A stretch of DNA of 64,000 bases from Nitrospira sp. (GCA_016788885.1 JAEURX010000013.1:59820-123819); one strand, 5' to 3'; numbered from the stretch's first letter, positions 1 to 11,897 are shown. Notes: generated by a model not told the origin, from the letters alone. Numbers and translations: made by a program.

Positions 1-28
1 CTGCCGCATCAAGGGTGTGCCGTCGGTG

Positions 29-400
29 TCACCCATCGGCCGGTTCTCCCTCGGAGGGAAGATCCGACGAACTCCCCCCTCGGCGAGCGGCTTTATCGAG
101 GGCCTGGCGGAGGCGTTCGAGATCCACCTCGGCTTCCTGTAGGGCTTTGGTTTTTCGCCGGAGCTCGATGCGTCCTCGTACCCAGGCCGGGAAGAGCAGG
201 ATGCCCGATACCAGGAGGCCGACCCCGAACGCCGCCAGGATCGGTTTGTAGATCAGGATGGACGCGGAGCGGAGGCCGAAAAAATACCGTAGGGTGACTT
301 CCTGTTCCTGATTCTGGAGCACAAACGACAGCGCGAGCAGTAGCAGCGTTCCCACCAGTATCAATCGGATCAATGCGAGGCCCTCCTTGGCCGGGGTCAT
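29..400 (-). CDS. LapA/DUF1049-like small membrane protein
   Basis: N-terminal TM helix, 'QNQEQEVTLRYFFG' motif, second TM helix and coiled-coil C-terminus; overlaps the tsaE stop (ATGA). Confidence 0.7.
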   Translation of the reverse strand: MTPAKEGLALIRLILVGTLLLLALSFVLQNQEQEVTLRYFFGLRSASILIYKPILAAFGVGLLVSGILLFPAWVRGRIELRRKTKALQEAEVDLERLRQALDKAARRGGSSSDLPSEGEPADG

Positions 401-996
401 TGTACACGGGTTTGTCGAGCCACTCTAGTGGGACGACGCCGGGACAGGCTGGTGCGAAGGTCGCTGAGGAGGCGGGCGGCTGATGGCCCCGTGGCGGTGA
501 GAATGGCGCGTCGTGTGGCTGGTAAGCGGTGTGTGAGGTGTATCTCCAGGCGGTCAGCAGGAAGGCCGTCTTTCCATCGATCCGCCCACTCGATGGCGAT
601 GACGGTGTGTCCGTCTAAGTAGTCGCAGAGACCCGTGTCTTCAAGTTGGGCGGCGGTGAGTCGATACAAATCGGTGTGGATCAAGGGAAGGCGACCCCGG
701 TATTCATGGATCAGCGTGAACGTGGGGCTGCTGACGGCAGCGGAATCGGCGCGTAGTCCGTCGGCAATGCCTCGAACCAGCGAGGTCTTGCCTGTTCCGA
801 GTTCACCGAACAGGGCAATGACTTCTCCGCCATGAAGGAGTGTGCCGACATACTGTCCTAGGCGGTGGGTCTGATGCGGGGTACGAAGGATGATACGCCA
901 TGGCTTGACGGCCGGACGTGCTTCTTCGTGCGGCTCGCGGGCAGAGGCACCGGGTACACGCTGCGGCTTAGGTATGCGTAGTTGGCGCGATGGCAT
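397..996 (-). CDS. tsaE: tRNA threonylcarbamoyladenosine biosynthesis ATPase TsaE (YjeE)
   Basis: Walker A GELGTGKT, SSPTFTLIHEY, HxDLYRL and IEWADR motifs; follows nnr as usual; exact start uncertain. Confidence 0.93.
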   Translation of the reverse strand: MPSRQLRIPKPQRVPGASAREPHEEARPAVKPWRIILRTPHQTHRLGQYVGTLLHGGEVIALFGELGTGKTSLVRGIADGLRADSAAVSSPTFTLIHEYRGRLPLIHTDLYRLTAAQLEDTGLCDYLDGHTVIAIEWADRWKDGLPADRLEIHLTHRLPATRRAILTATGPSAARLLSDLRTSLSRRRPTRVARQTRVQ

Positions 997-2524
997 GGGG
1001 AATATGCTGAATCAGATCGCGAGCGATCATGCCGGCCTGGCCCAGCTGCTGCGCGGCGAGATCTCCGGCGAGGCCATGGAAGTAAGTGGCGGCACAGGCG
1101 GCGTCCCAGCTGGCTATGCCCTGGGCGAGCAACCCGCCGACCATGCCGGTCAAGACATCTCCGGTCCCAGCGGTGGCCATTCCAGGGTTTCCGGTCGGAC
1201 AGATCGCGGCCACTCCGTCCGGTCTGGCAATCACGGTCCGGGCTCCTTTGAGAATGACGAACACGCCGCGTTCACGTGCAAATCGCGTTGCCGTGCCGAG
1301 GCGATCGTCATTGACGGATTGCGTGGTCGCCTCAGCTTCCAACCTGGCCATTTCTCCGGGATGAGGGGTAATGATCGGTGGGCGCGTGCATTCTGTCAAC
1401 AAGGAGGCCTTTCCCGCCAACGCATTGAGTGCATCGGCATCGAGCACGCAGGGCTTGTCGACGCGTTTGACAAATTCTTGCACGAGTTCGACGGTTTCCG
1501 GATGGGTGGTCAAGCCGGGGCCGATGGCCACTGCATCCCTGGCGCTTGCAAAGGCGAGCAGTCGATCCAGACCCGAACGAGCAAAGGTGCGCGCCTTTGT
1601 TTCCGGCATGGGCAGGGTCATGGCTTCGAGTAATTTGGCCTCCAGGATATCATTGACGCTGGAAGGAACGGCGGCCGTGACGAGACCGGTTCCGATTCGA
1701 AGCGCGGCGAGGGCTGCCATCGCCGCCGCTCCGGTCTTGCCGACCGATCCGGCGATGAGTCCGAGGTGCCCGTAGGTTCCCTTATGCGAAGATGGCCGGC
1801 GATGGGGCAATGCTGCTTGCGAAGCGGCGCCGGTCAGCAGCAGGAGGCGGCTTCCGACGGCCTCAATAAACGAGGTTGGAATGCCAATGTCGACGAGACG
1901 AACCAGTCCCGCGCAATCGATGCCGGCTCCGCAGTAGAGCCCTACTTTCGGCAATCCAAAGGTGACGGTCAGGTCCGCTCGCACAGCCGCGCCCAGGACG
2001 GATCCGGTATCGGCATGGAGGCCGGAAGGAAGATCGACGGCGACCGTGGGTCGTCCTGCGGCATTGAGGGCTTCGATCGCCTCGCGGTACATGCCGGCCA
2101 CAGGTGTGGAGAGCCCGGTGCCTAGAATGGCGTCGATGAGGATATCGGCTGACGCCAGTCGTTGTTGGAGAGCATGTGCATCGGTAGGACGAGTGATGGA
2201 CGATGGGCCTGCCATTCGTTGAAAGCGCTGATACATCGCCTTCGCATCGCGGCTGAGTTCGGTGGCCGGCGTCAATAACAGAACGTGGACGTGAGCTTTT
2301 TTCCGCCGGAGCAGGCGGGCGATGACGAACCCATCTCCGCCATTGTTGCCCTTGCCGCAGAGGATGACGACTTTTTTCCCGGCAGCCGGTCCATACCGTG
2401 CCTCAAGGTGAGAGACCACACCGGTTCCGGCTCGCTCCATCAGTGCCAGAGATGGTACGTGAGCCTCGGTGATCGTCCGATGGTCCAGCTCGCGCATTTG
2501 CTCGGCGGTCACGATCGGTATCAT
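968..2524 (-). CDS. nnr: Bifunctional NAD(P)H-hydrate epimerase/dehydratase (YjeF)
   Basis: LMERAG, CGKGNNGGDG, DLPSG, HKGTYG, DADAL, TPHPGE and GTGDVL motifs. Confidence 0.95.
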   Translation of the reverse strand: MIPIVTAEQMRELDHRTITEAHVPSLALMERAGTGVVSHLEARYGPAAGKKVVILCGKGNNGGDGFVIARLLRRKKAHVHVLLLTPATELSRDAKAMYQRFQRMAGPSSITRPTDAHALQQRLASADILIDAILGTGLSTPVAGMYREAIEALNAAGRPTVAVDLPSGLHADTGSVLGAAVRADLTVTFGLPKVGLYCGAGIDCAGLVRLVDIGIPTSFIEAVGSRLLLLTGAASQAALPHRRPSSHKGTYGHLGLIAGSVGKTGAAAMAALAALRIGTGLVTAAVPSSVNDILEAKLLEAMTLPMPETKARTFARSGLDRLLAFASARDAVAIGPGLTTHPETVELVQEFVKRVDKPCVLDADALNALAGKASLLTECTRPPIITPHPGEMARLEAEATTQSVNDDRLGTATRFARERGVFVILKGARTVIARPDGVAAICPTGNPGMATAGTGDVLTGMVGGLLAQGIASWDAACAATYFHGLAGDLAAQQLGQAGMIARDLIQHIPHAIAPTTHT

Positions 2525-2593
2525 GATGTCAATCGGGCCTCCGACCGATGCGCGAGAGGATGAAGTGGGGCCGTCGCTTGCAGCGGCACCAGG

Positions 2594-3310
2594 CTAGGCC
2601 ACCAATTCCTTCATTTCACGAACCGCTTGAACGAGTCCGACCATGACCGAACGGGCGATAATGCTGTGGCCGATGTTGAATTCGACGATTTCGGGGAGTT
2701 TGGCCAGTCGTTTGACGTTTTTATAGGTCAGGCCATGGCCGGCGCTTACGCCGAGCCCGAGTTTGTATGCGAGTTTTGCCGCTTGAGTAATCGCGTCAAA
2801 CTCCTCGTCTTCTTCTTTGGAGCGTTTCGCGTTGGCGTATCGTCCCGTGTGCAATTCGACATACGCCGCGCCGATTTTATGAGCGGCCTTGATTTGATCC
2901 AAGCTGGGTTCTATGAACAAACTCGTCGGAATCCCGCCATCCCTCAGCAAATCGACAATTTTCTGGATCCGTTCGCGGTGGTTGGCGACATCCAAGCCAC
3001 CCTCCGTCGTTAACTCCTGACGACGTTCGGGAACCAGCGTGATCAGGTCGGGCTTGACGCTCAGCGCGATCTTGGCCATGGCGTCATCGGCGGCCATTTC
3101 CAAATCGAGTTTGGTTCGGACGATTTCCCGCAGCATCGTGAGGTCACGGTCTTGGATATGGCGACGATCCTCCCGGAGATGTACAACGAGGCCGTCTGCG
3201 CCGGCCAGTTCAACCAGGATTGCGGCGGTCAGTGGGTCGGGATCTGTTCCTCCCCGCGCCTGCCTGAGTGTTGCCACGTGATCGATATTGACGCCCAGAC
3301 GAGCCATCAC
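2594..3310 (-). CDS. pdxJ: Pyridoxine 5'-phosphate synthase
   Basis: LGVNIDHVATLRQARG, HLREDRRHI, VELHTG, AGHGL and NIGHSII motifs. Confidence 0.97.
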   Translation of the reverse strand: MMARLGVNIDHVATLRQARGGTDPDPLTAAILVELAGADGLVVHLREDRRHIQDRDLTMLREIVRTKLDLEMAADDAMAKIALSVKPDLITLVPERRQELTTEGGLDVANHRERIQKIVDLLRDGGIPTSLFIEPSLDQIKAAHKIGAAYVELHTGRYANAKRSKEEDEEFDAITQAAKLAYKLGLGVSAGHGLTYKNVKRLAKLPEIVEFNIGHSIIARSVMVGLVQAVREMKELVA

Positions 3311-3508
3311 ACCTCCGCAATTGCCATAGGTGGCGTTGGAGAAAGATTTCGGAACTGGTCGAAATTCATAGACAATTCTGTTGTTCCTGAGGCATTATTA
3401 ACAGAAGAAGGTGGGGCGGGGCAAGAAGGCTCCGTTCGATGGGCCCTGACGTATCTCTCGCATTCATGGCCGAGCGGCAAGCCGCAACTCCCTAGAAATA
3501 TAGTGAAA

Positions 3509-3537
3509 TTGACTCGTTTTGAGGGCTCCATTAAAAT
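3509..3537 (+). promoter_or_regulatory. sigma70-type promoter for the aminotransferase-hom-thrC operon
   Basis: TTGACT-N17-TAAAAT about 70 bp upstream of the ATG at 3606. Confidence 0.7.
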
Positions 3538-3605
3538 ACGCCCCTTTCAGAGTGACGACGCAACCCGTTCAGCAGAGGACCCGCCAGTAGGAGTCTGACA
3601 CACCC

Positions 3606-4802
3606 ATGTCGATTAGCGACGGTTTTTACCGCATCAAGCGACTTCCTCCATACGTATTTGCCCAGGTGCAAAGCCTCAAGCTTGAGGCACGTCAACGAGG
3701 CGAGGATATCATCGACTTCGGGATGGGCAATCCGGATCAGCCCACCCCGCCTCATATCGTCGACAAATTGATCGAAGCCTCCAAGAAAGCCAAGAATCAT
3801 CGCTATTCCGCCTCGCGGGGCATCACGAAGCTCCGCCATGCGATTACCGGGTGGTACAAGCGAAACTACGACGTGGAGTTGGATCCCGAGACCGAAGCGA
3901 TTGTCACAATCGGGTCGAAAGAAGGTCTCGCACATTTGGCTCTGGCCACGATCGGGCCGGGTGATGTCGTGCTCACACCCACGCCGACCTATCCCATTCA
4001 CATGTACAGTTTCATTATTGCAGGCGGCGAAGTGCGCGGGATTGAGTTGCGTCAGGACAGCGACTTCTTCGACGATCTGCTCCGGGTCTATCGCCAGACC
4101 TTGCCGCGCCCGCGCATTCTGGTCATCAATTTCCCGCATAACCCCACGACCGCGGTGGTCGATCTCGAGTTCTTTAAAAAAATCGTCGCATTTGCCAAAG
4201 AACACGATGTGATTGTGATTCACGATCTGGCCTATGCGGATATCGCGTTCGACGGCTATAAGGCGCCGAGTTTCCTGCAGGTGCCGGAGGCGAAAGATGT
4301 GGGCGTCGAGTTTTACACCTTGTCCAAAGCCTACAACATGCCCGGGTGGCGAGTCGGATTTTGTGTCGGTAACCGCGAGGTGGTAGGCGCGCTGGCGAAG
4401 CTGAAGAGTTATCTCGACTATGGCATTTTTCAACCGATTCAAATTGCCAGTACGGTCGCGTTGAACGGACCGCAGGACTGCGTGAAAGAGGTCGTGCAGC
4501 GCTATCAAAACCGGCGGAATGTCTTGGTGAACGGGTTGAATCGCATCGGGTGGCCCGTTGCCTTACCCAGAGCCACGATGTTCGTGTGGGCCCGTATTCC
4601 GGATCCGTTCCGGCATATGGGGTCGTTGGAGTTTTCCAAACTGTTGCTGCGGGAAGCGAAGGTGGCGGTGTCGCCGGGCATCGGATTCGGAGAAGGCGGG
4701 GATGAATTCGTACGGTTTGCCCTAGTGGAAAACGAGCATCGCACGCGGCAGGCACTACGCGGGATTCGGAAAGTGTTGAATCTGGATGATCAGGAACCAT
4801 GA
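3606..4802 (+). CDS. alaC: PLP-dependent class I/II aminotransferase (AlaC/YfdZ-like)
   Basis: [20 protein letters not shown] and [14 protein letters not shown] (PLP lysine); commonly found upstream of hom-thrC. Confidence 0.8.
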   Translation: MSISDGFYRIKRLPPYVFAQVQSLKLEARQRGEDIIDFGMGNPDQPTPPHIVDKLIEASKKAKNHRYSASRGITKLRHAITGWYKRNYDVELDPETEAIVTIGSKEGLAHLALATIGPGDVVLTPTPTYPIHMYSFIIAGGEVRGIELRQDSDFFDDLLRVYRQTLPRPRILVINFPHNPTTAVVDLEFFKKIVAFAKEHDVIVIHDLAYADIAFDGYKAPSFLQVPEAKDVGVEFYTLSKAYNMPGWRVGFCVGNREVVGALAKLKSYLDYGIFQPIQIASTVALNGPQDCVKEVVQRYQNRRNVLVNGLNRIGWPVALPRATMFVWARIPDPFRHMGSLEFSKLLLREAKVAVSPGIGFGEGGDEFVRFALVENEHRTRQALRGIRKVLNLDDQEP

Positions 4803-6112
4803 AGACTGAGATCGGGGTAGGATTAATCGGCTTCGGCACCGTCGGGACCGGCGTGGCCCGAGTGCTGATCGAGAATGCGGAACTGATCCGCCGGCGGGTC
4901 GGAGTACCCATTAAGTTGGTCCGCATTGCGGATTTGGACATTACCCGTGATCGGGGCATCGCGATTCCGCCAGGCGTGCTGACCACGGACATCCAGCAGG
5001 TGTTGACGGATCCGCGCGTGGATATCGTCATCGAGCTGATGGGCGGGTATGATCTTGCAAAACGCGTGATTCTGGATGCGGTGCAACGAGGCAAGCACGT
5101 CGTGACAGCCAATAAGGCGCTCTTGGCCGTGCACGGGGAAGAGATTTTCGCCGCCGCTTCGCGGCAAGGGATCGATCTCGGGTTTGAGGCGAGTGTGGGT
5201 GGGGGCATCCCGGTGATCCGCGCCTTGATGGAAGGCCTGGCCGCCAACAACATCCAGTCGATCTACGGTATCATCAATGGCACGTCGAATTACATTCTCA
5301 GCCGGATGACCAGCGAAGGGCAGCGGTTCGAGGTCGTGCTGGAGGAAGCCAAACGGGCCGGCTATGCCGAGGCCGATCCTACCTTCGATGTCGCGGGTAT
5401 CGATTCGGCCCATAAGCTCACGATCATGGTCAGCCTGGCTTACGGCACTCCGGTCAACTTCAAAGAAATTTACACCGAAGGCATCACCGGCCTGACACCG
5501 TTGGATATCGCGTATGCGAAAGAGTTCGGATTTACCATCAAGTTACTGGCGATCGCCAAGTTTTCCGACGGAGAGATTGAAGCCCGTGTCCATCCCACCA
5601 TGGTCCCCTCTGCGTCGCAGATTGCGAAAGTGGATGGGGTGTACAATGCCATTCAGTTGGTCGGTGACGCCGTAGAAGACGTGGTGCTGTATGGGCGCGG
5701 CGCGGGGTCGATGCCGACCGGCAGTGCCGTTGTGAGCGATGTGATGTCCATTGCGCGCGACATGCTCAAGAATGCGACCGGGCGTGTGCCGCCCTCTTCC
5801 TATCAGCCGGATCAACGACGGCCATTGCGGATGCGGCCGATGGAAGAAATCACGTCGCTGTATTACATTCGCTTCATGGTCCTGGACCGGCCCGGCGTCT
5901 TGTCTCAGATCGCCGGAGTGTTGGGTCGCTACGGCATCAGTATTTCCTCGGTGCTGCAGCAGGGACGCAAGGAAGGGCAGACCGTGCCCGTCGTGATCAT
6001 GACGCATATGGCCAAAGAACGGGATATTCAGAACGCGCTTCGCGAAATCAATCCGATGCCGTATATCTCCGAACCGACAACCCTGATCAGGGTCGAGGGG
6101 CGGGACGAATGA
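4799..6112 (+). CDS. hom: Homoserine dehydrogenase with C-terminal ACT domain
   Basis: [39 protein letters not shown] and DRPGVL (ACT). Confidence 0.96.
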   Translation: MKTEIGVGLIGFGTVGTGVARVLIENAELIRRRVGVPIKLVRIADLDITRDRGIAIPPGVLTTDIQQVLTDPRVDIVIELMGGYDLAKRVILDAVQRGKHVVTANKALLAVHGEEIFAAASRQGIDLGFEASVGGGIPVIRALMEGLAANNIQSIYGIINGTSNYILSRMTSEGQRFEVVLEEAKRAGYAEADPTFDVAGIDSAHKLTIMVSLAYGTPVNFKEIYTEGITGLTPLDIAYAKEFGFTIKLLAIAKFSDGEIEARVHPTMVPSASQIAKVDGVYNAIQLVGDAVEDVVLYGRGAGSMPTGSAVVSDVMSIARDMLKNATGRVPPSSYQPDQRRPLRMRPMEEITSLYYIRFMVLDRPGVLSQIAGVLGRYGISISSVLQQGRKEGQTVPVVIMTHMAKERDIQNALREINPMPYISEPTTLIRVEGRDE

Positions 6113-6159
6113 GGGATTCTTTCTCCGATCTTGCTGAGAAGGTGGTTGACTAGATTGTT

Positions 6160-7218
6160 ATGACTCGCTGGCGCGGCATTATTGAAGAATACCGAAAGTT
6201 CCTGCCGGTGACGGCTCAGACACCGGTCATCACCCTGGGTGAGGGCAATACGCCTCTCATTCGTGCGGCGCGGCTGGCAAAAAAAATCGCCCCCGGGGTG
6301 GATCTTTACCTCAAGTACGAGGGGGTGAATCCCACAGGATCGTTCAAAGATCGCGGCATGACGATGGCCATTTCCAAGGCCGTCGAAAAAGGGGCGAGGG
6401 CAGTCATTTGCGCCTCCACCGGGAATACGTCCGCCTCGGCAGCCGCCTATGGAGCCCGAGCTGGAATGGCCGTGTATGTGCTCATCCCGGCAGGGAAAAT
6501 CGCCCTGGGCAAGTTGTCGCAGGCGATGATGCATCAAGCCACGGTCATTCAGGTTGAAGGAAATTTTGACCAGGCGTTGACCATCGTCAAGGAGTTATCG
6601 GCGACCTATCCAGTGGAGTTGGTGAACTCGCTCAACCCGTACCGCATCGAGGGGCAGAAGACGGCCGCGATGGAGATTTGCGACGATCTGGGTGATGCGC
6701 CGACCGTCCATGTACTTCCTGTAGGGAATGCGGGTAATATCACCGCCTATTGGAACGGCTACCGTGAGTATCGAGCCGCCAATCAAACGACGCGCTTGCC
6801 TCGCATGATGGGTTTTCAAGCCGCTGGTGCCGCGCCGATTGTCTTAGGGCATGTCGTGAAAGAGCCGCAGACCGTGGCCACGGCGATACGGATCGGCAAT
6901 CCGGCCAGTTGGCAGTCGGCTCTTACGGCGATGAAAGAATCGTCCGGCGCCATCGATATGGTCACGGATGAAGAAATTCTCCATGCCTATGCCTTGGTCG
7001 CTAGGGAAGAAGGGGTGTTTTGCGAGCCAGCCTCTGCCACTTCTGTAGCCGGGGTGATTAAGTTGAGCCAAGCCGGGCAATTAAAGGAAGGTGCCACGGT
7101 CGTCTGTACATTGACCGGGCACGGTTTGAAGGATGCCGATACGGCGATCGGCATTTCACGTCAGCCTCAAACGGTGAAAGCCACCCGCGATGATGTGGCC
7201 CGCCTCCTTCATGTCTGA
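6160..7218 (+). CDS. thrC: Threonine synthase
   Basis: [32 protein letters not shown] and PVGNAGN motifs. Confidence 0.96.
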   Translation: MTRWRGIIEEYRKFLPVTAQTPVITLGEGNTPLIRAARLAKKIAPGVDLYLKYEGVNPTGSFKDRGMTMAISKAVEKGARAVICASTGNTSASAAAYGARAGMAVYVLIPAGKIALGKLSQAMMHQATVIQVEGNFDQALTIVKELSATYPVELVNSLNPYRIEGQKTAAMEICDDLGDAPTVHVLPVGNAGNITAYWNGYREYRAANQTTRLPRMMGFQAAGAAPIVLGHVVKEPQTVATAIRIGNPASWQSALTAMKESSGAIDMVTDEEILHAYALVAREEGVFCEPASATSVAGVIKLSQAGQLKEGATVVCTLTGHGLKDADTAIGISRQPQTVKATRDDVARLLHV

Positions 7219-7236
7219 TTACTTCAGGAACATTGC

Positions 7237-8487
7237 ATGAAATATTTGATCCTGCATGCCGACGGGATGGCAGATCTTGCCTGTGCGGAACTCGGTGGGA
7301 GCACGCCTCTTCAGGCGGCGAAAACTCCCCATCTTGACCAAATCGCCCAGCGTGGAGAAGTGGGCCTCCTGAGTCTTCCTTCCGACGCCGGCACGGCCGG
7401 CAGTGATGTCACCGCGGTTGCCGTCCTGGGATACGATCCCAAGAAGTATTATCCAGGCCCGGGCCCACTGGAGGCAGCGGGTCTTGGGGTGACGGTGGGT
7501 GACCAGGACGTCGTCTTTCGTTGCACGATGGTCACGGTGCGAGGCGAGTCCGCCTCCGGCGGCAAAGACCGGGCGGCCGACATCAAGAAACTAGGACCGC
7601 ATGTGGTCATGGAAGATGCCACGGCGGGGCTGATCGAGACGGAACAGGCCCGTGAGTTGGTCGAAGCCGTCAACGAGCAACTGGGATCGGAGAGCATTCA
7701 ATTTTACCCCGGCTCAGGCCATCGACACTTGATGGTTTGGGTTGGCGGGAAGTCGCGCGCGACCTGCGTAGACCCTCAGCAGCTCGTCGGCCAATCGATC
7801 GCCGACGCCTTGCCAACGGGCGATGGCGCCGATGTACTGCGAAAAATCATGGACGCCTCGTTTTTTATTCTGCGCGATCATCCGGTTAATGAAGAGCGCG
7901 AAGAAGAGGGGCTCAAGCCGGCGAACTGTCTCTGGTTGTGGGGACAGGGGCGCGCTCCATTGTGGCCGCCCTTACCGGAACGGTATCAAATTACCGGTGC
8001 GGTCGTTTCATCTAGTGATATGCATCGCGGTGTTGGGTTGTGCGCGGGGTTGGATGCCGCCGAGCTACCGGCCGAAAACGGAGATGAATCGGAAACATTT
8101 GCCGGCTGTGTGAACGCGGTCGTTCAAGAGTTGGCGAAGAAAGACCTTGTGTATCTCCATGCCGGTCTATCGGATGACGTGCTGCATGCGACCGATATTC
8201 ACGACAAAGTACAGGCCATCGAACGGTTCGATGCCCAGGTGGTCGGTCCGATTCTAGCGGCTCTGGCAACGTACCCAGCCTACCGGCTGCTCGTGGTGTG
8301 TGACCCAGGCCTGGCGAAGGGGCACGGTTCAGAAGCTCCGCCGATCTTGTATGCCTTGTGCGACGGTGCTGCCCAACCACCGGTCGGCTCGGCAACCCGC
8401 TTTCATGAACAGGATAAGGCCATCGCCGGATCCGCGCCTCGCGATGCCACCAAACTCATGATCCGACTCTTTCCGCGCGGAGCATAA
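7237..8487 (+). CDS. apgM: ApgM-family (cofactor-independent phosphoglycerate mutase-like) protein in the thr operon; proposed homoserine-kinase subfamily
   Basis: DGMAD, TPL, GSD (catalytic Ser), [21 protein letters not shown] and WLWGQG motifs; C-terminal metal ligands partly degenerate. Confidence 0.8.
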   Translation: MKYLILHADGMADLACAELGGSTPLQAAKTPHLDQIAQRGEVGLLSLPSDAGTAGSDVTAVAVLGYDPKKYYPGPGPLEAAGLGVTVGDQDVVFRCTMVTVRGESASGGKDRAADIKKLGPHVVMEDATAGLIETEQARELVEAVNEQLGSESIQFYPGSGHRHLMVWVGGKSRATCVDPQQLVGQSIADALPTGDGADVLRKIMDASFFILRDHPVNEEREEEGLKPANCLWLWGQGRAPLWPPLPERYQITGAVVSSSDMHRGVGLCAGLDAAELPAENGDESETFAGCVNAVVQELAKKDLVYLHAGLSDDVLHATDIHDKVQAIERFDAQVVGPILAALATYPAYRLLVVCDPGLAKGHGSEAPPILYALCDGAAQPPVGSATRFHEQDKAIAGSAPRDATKLMIRLFPRGA

Positions 8488-8492
8488 GACCT

Positions 8493-9728
8493 GTGGCACT
8501 CATTGTTCAAAAATACGGCGGGACGTCGGTCGGCAATGTCGAACGGATTCATCGTGTTGCTGAGCGAGTCGAGCGCGCGCAGAAAGACGGGCATCAGGTC
8601 GTGGTGGTGCTCTCGGCCATGAGTGGCGAGACAGATCGACTGCTCAAGCTGGCGCATGAAGCGACCAACTCGCCGGATGAGCGCGAACTGGACATGTTGC
8701 TGTCGACGGGCGAGCGGGTCACCATCGCGCTGTTGGCCATGGAGCTTCGGGGGCGAGGCGTGAACGCCCGATCCTTCACGGGCCGACAGGTCGGCATTCA
8801 CACCGACAGCGCTCATACCAAGGCCAGAATTTCTCGCGTCACGGCCGAACGGATTAAAGAAGCACTCGCCGGGGGAGTCATCCCGGTTGTGGCGGGATTT
8901 CAGGGCATCAACGCCAGCTCGGACGTCACGACCTTAGGACGGGGAGGGTCCGATTTGACCGCCGTGGCGCTGGCTGCGGCACTCAAGGCAGATCGGTGCA
9001 TTATCTATACGGATGTCGATGGGGTGTATACTGCCGACCCCAACATCGTGCCGGCCGCGCGTCGACTCGACAAGATCTCTTACGAAGAGATGCTGGAAAT
9101 GGCGAGCCTGGGCGCCAAGGTCCTGCAGAGTCGATCGGTCGAATTTGCGGCGAAATATTCCGTTCCGGTGGAGGTCAATTCCAGCTTCAAGGAAGGAAAG
9201 GGAACGCTCGTGACACGTGAAGATGCCGATATGGAAGGGGTCATGGTGTCCGGTGTGACGGGAGATCGCAATCAGGCGAAGATTACGATTGTCGGTGTGC
9301 CGGATCGTCCGGGCATCGCCGCGCGTGTCTTCGGAGCCGTGGCGAACGCCAATATCGTCGTCGACATGATCATTCAAAACGTCAGTCAGGCCTCTATGAC
9401 CGACATCTCGTTTACGGTTCCCAAGCCGGATTTGCGCAAGGCCGTGGATCTCGTTCAGCGGTTATCGGAAGAGATCGGCGCTCGGTCGGTTGCGGTGACC
9501 GAATCGATCGCCAAGGTGTCCCTCATTGGTGTGGGAATGCGCTCGCATTCAGGCGTGGCGGCAAAGATGTTCGAGGTGTTGTCGCGTGAAGGCGTCAACA
9601 TCATGATGATTAGCACCTCCGAAATCAAAATCTCCTGCGTCATCGAGGAGAAATATCTGGAATTGGCGATGCGCACGCTCCATACGGCGTTCGGTCTGGA
9701 CCGTGTGTCGGCGCCCGCGTTGGGCTGA
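8493..9728 (+). CDS. lysC: Aspartate kinase
   Basis: [25 protein letters not shown] and two ACT domains. Confidence 0.96.
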   Translation: MALIVQKYGGTSVGNVERIHRVAERVERAQKDGHQVVVVLSAMSGETDRLLKLAHEATNSPDERELDMLLSTGERVTIALLAMELRGRGVNARSFTGRQVGIHTDSAHTKARISRVTAERIKEALAGGVIPVVAGFQGINASSDVTTLGRGGSDLTAVALAAALKADRCIIYTDVDGVYTADPNIVPAARRLDKISYEEMLEMASLGAKVLQSRSVEFAAKYSVPVEVNSSFKEGKGTLVTREDADMEGVMVSGVTGDRNQAKITIVGVPDRPGIAARVFGAVANANIVVDMIIQNVSQASMTDISFTVPKPDLRKAVDLVQRLSEEIGARSVAVTESIAKVSLIGVGMRSHSGVAAKMFEVLSREGVNIMMISTSEIKISCVIEEKYLELAMRTLHTAFGLDRVSAPALG

Positions 9729-9794
9729 TCGTCTCGAAATGGCGATCGCGTGAGCCCTCGACAGATCCTGTCCGGCCTTGTTACCCTTTAATTC

Positions 9795-11438
9795 ATGACA
9801 CGTCGAACCGCACCCTCTCGTCGCGCTCGCGTCCCGGAATCGATCTCGATGCCGAGCCTCACCGCTGTGCAGGCATCGGCGTTGGAAATTTACGACACGA
9901 CGTTACGAGACGGCGCCCAGGCCGAAGACGTGAGTTTTTCCGTGGAGGATAAGCTTCGGGTGGCGCAGCAGCTCGACGCGCTCGGGGTGCACTTCATCGA
10001 GGGTGGGTGGCCAGGGGCGAATCCTAAGGACATTGAGTTTTTCCGGCAGATCAAAACCATTCCGTTTCGGAATGCGACCGTCGTTGCGTTCGGCTCGACG
10101 AGGAAAGCCAGCAACCCGGTTCGTAAAGACAAAAATCTTCAGGCGCTGCTGGATTCGGGCACGCCGACCATCACCCTGTTCGGCAAGAGTTGGTCGTTTC
10201 AGGTGACGGATGCGTTGGGAATCGCCCTTGCCAAGAATCTAGAACTCATCGAAGACTCTATTCATTATTTGCGATCCAAGAATCGGCGGGTGTTTTATGA
10301 CGCCGAACATTTTTTCGACGGCTATAAGGCGAATCCTGATTATGCACTGCAAACCATCCGTCGAGCGATTGCCGGCGGAGCCGAGCGTGTGATCTTGTGC
10401 GATACGAACGGCGGGACCATGCCGTGGGAGATTCGCGAGATTTGCCGGGTGGTCAAGCAGGAATGTCCCGTGCCGTTAGGCATCCATGCGCACAATGACA
10501 GTGAAATGGCCGTTGCCAACTCGCTGGTAGCCGTGGAGTCGGGTATTTTGCAGGTGCAGGGCACGATCAATGGCATTGGTGAACGGTGTGGGAATGCGAA
10601 TTTGTGCTCGATCATTCCGAACCTGCAATTAAAAATGCAACGGCCGGCGCTTGGAGACAACCTGGCCCACTTGAAGGACGTGTCAGGTTTCGTCACGGAG
10701 ATCGCCAACCTCATGCCGAACAAACGGCAGCCCTACGTCGGGGATGCGGCGTTTGCGCACAAGGGGGGCGTGCATATTCATGCGGTCCTCAAGAACGCGG
10801 CGACGTACGAACATATTGATCCAGCCGTCGTCGGCAACCGTCGGCGGATTCTCGTCTCAGACTATGCAGGCCGGAGCGGGCTCTTGGAAAAAGTCGAGGC
10901 CTATGGCATTTCGTTGACCAAGAACCATGCGAAGTTACAAGAGTTGGTGGAGACGCTCAAAGAGCGGGAAAGCCAGGGCTATCAATTCGAAGGTGCCGAG
11001 GGGTCTTTCGAATTGTTGATGCGCAACGCGATGGGCAGTCATCGTCCGTCGTTCAAATTACTGGGTTTTCGTGTGATTGTTGAAAAGAAGCAAGAGCACG
11101 GGCTCCTGTTGTCGGAAGCGACGGTCATGGTGCAGGTCGGCGATGTGGTCGAGCATACGGCGGCTGTAGGCGCTGGCCCGGTGAATGCGCTCGACCATGC
11201 GCTCCGCAAAGCCTTGGAAAAGTTCTATCCGCAGCTCCGCGAAGTGAAATTGCTCGACTATAAAGTGCGGGTGTTGTCGGCTGAGAAGGGCACGGAATCG
11301 AAGGTGCGCGTGTTGATCGAGTCTGGAGATCACAAGGATAAATGGGGCACAGTCGGGGTGTCGGAAAACATCATGGAAGCGAGCTGGCAGGCGCTGGCAG
11401 ACAGCATCGAGTATAAATTGTTGCTCGCCGACCGGTAG
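9795..11438 (+). CDS. cimA: Citramalate synthase (CimA type)
   Basis: YDTTLRDGAQ, EGGWPGANPKD, YDAEHFFDG, GIHAHND, FAHKGGVH and a C-terminal regulatory domain. Confidence 0.9.
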   Translation: MTRRTAPSRRARVPESISMPSLTAVQASALEIYDTTLRDGAQAEDVSFSVEDKLRVAQQLDALGVHFIEGGWPGANPKDIEFFRQIKTIPFRNATVVAFGSTRKASNPVRKDKNLQALLDSGTPTITLFGKSWSFQVTDALGIALAKNLELIEDSIHYLRSKNRRVFYDAEHFFDGYKANPDYALQTIRRAIAGGAERVILCDTNGGTMPWEIREICRVVKQECPVPLGIHAHNDSEMAVANSLVAVESGILQVQGTINGIGERCGNANLCSIIPNLQLKMQRPALGDNLAHLKDVSGFVTEIANLMPNKRQPYVGDAAFAHKGGVHIHAVLKNAATYEHIDPAVVGNRRRILVSDYAGRSGLLEKVEAYGISLTKNHAKLQELVETLKERESQGYQFEGAEGSFELLMRNAMGSHRPSFKLLGFRVIVEKKQEHGLLLSEATVMVQVGDVVEHTAAVGAGPVNALDHALRKALEKFYPQLREVKLLDYKVRVLSAEKGTESKVRVLIESGDHKDKWGTVGVSENIMEASWQALADSIEYKLLLADR

Positions 11439-11471
11439 TGCTATTTTCCCTCCAGTGGGCACACATAATCC

Positions 11472-11500
11472 TTGACAGGCCAGATAACCTCACGTAACTT
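11472..11500 (+). promoter_or_regulatory. sigma70-type promoter upstream of ihfA
   Basis: TTGACA-N17-TAACTT. Confidence 0.6.
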
Positions 11501-11583
11501 ATGGGGAAATTCTTTGTCTTGGACGCTCGACACCAAGAAGCACTTCCTAAGGAACGACGCTAGTGGACGGCGGGGGGAAAGGC

Positions 11584-11859
11584 ATGAGAAAGGCGGATAT
11601 CGCGAACGAAATCTTCAAGCAGGTTGGGGTGTCTAAAAACGATGCAGCCGATATCGTCGAACTCGTGCTCAATCTGCTGAAGGGGGTGCTCCAAAAAGGT
11701 GATGCGGTCAAGATTGCGGGATTCGGAAATTTTGTCGTTCGAAGCAAAGGGGCCCGGAAGGGACGCAATCCTCGAACCGGTGAAGAAATCGGGATTACTC
11801 CCCGTCGAGTGGTCACGTTTCGTCCCAGTCAGGTCTTTAAAAAGTACGTAAATTCCTAA
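11584..11859 (+). CDS. ihfA: Integration host factor alpha / HU-family protein
   Basis: MRKADI..., GFGNF and GRNPRTGE motifs; ihfA-merR-tRNA-Pro synteny; start moved to ATG 11584. Confidence 0.85.
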   Translation: MRKADIANEIFKQVGVSKNDAADIVELVLNLLKGVLQKGDAVKIAGFGNFVVRSKGARKGRNPRTGEEIGITPRRVVTFRPSQVFKKYVNS

Positions 11860-11897
11860 TCGTCACCTTGCCACGAGCACACGCATGAGGACCGGTC

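Noticed and set aside
3307-3531. 74-aa ORF upstream of pdxJ
   Set aside because: No motif or RBS, and it overlaps the divergent promoter region.
3531-4508. 325-aa antisense ORF, and similar shadow ORFs such as 4174-5253, 43773-44816 and 47124-47987
   Set aside because: They overlap well-supported genes on the opposite strand and have no RBS or motif support.
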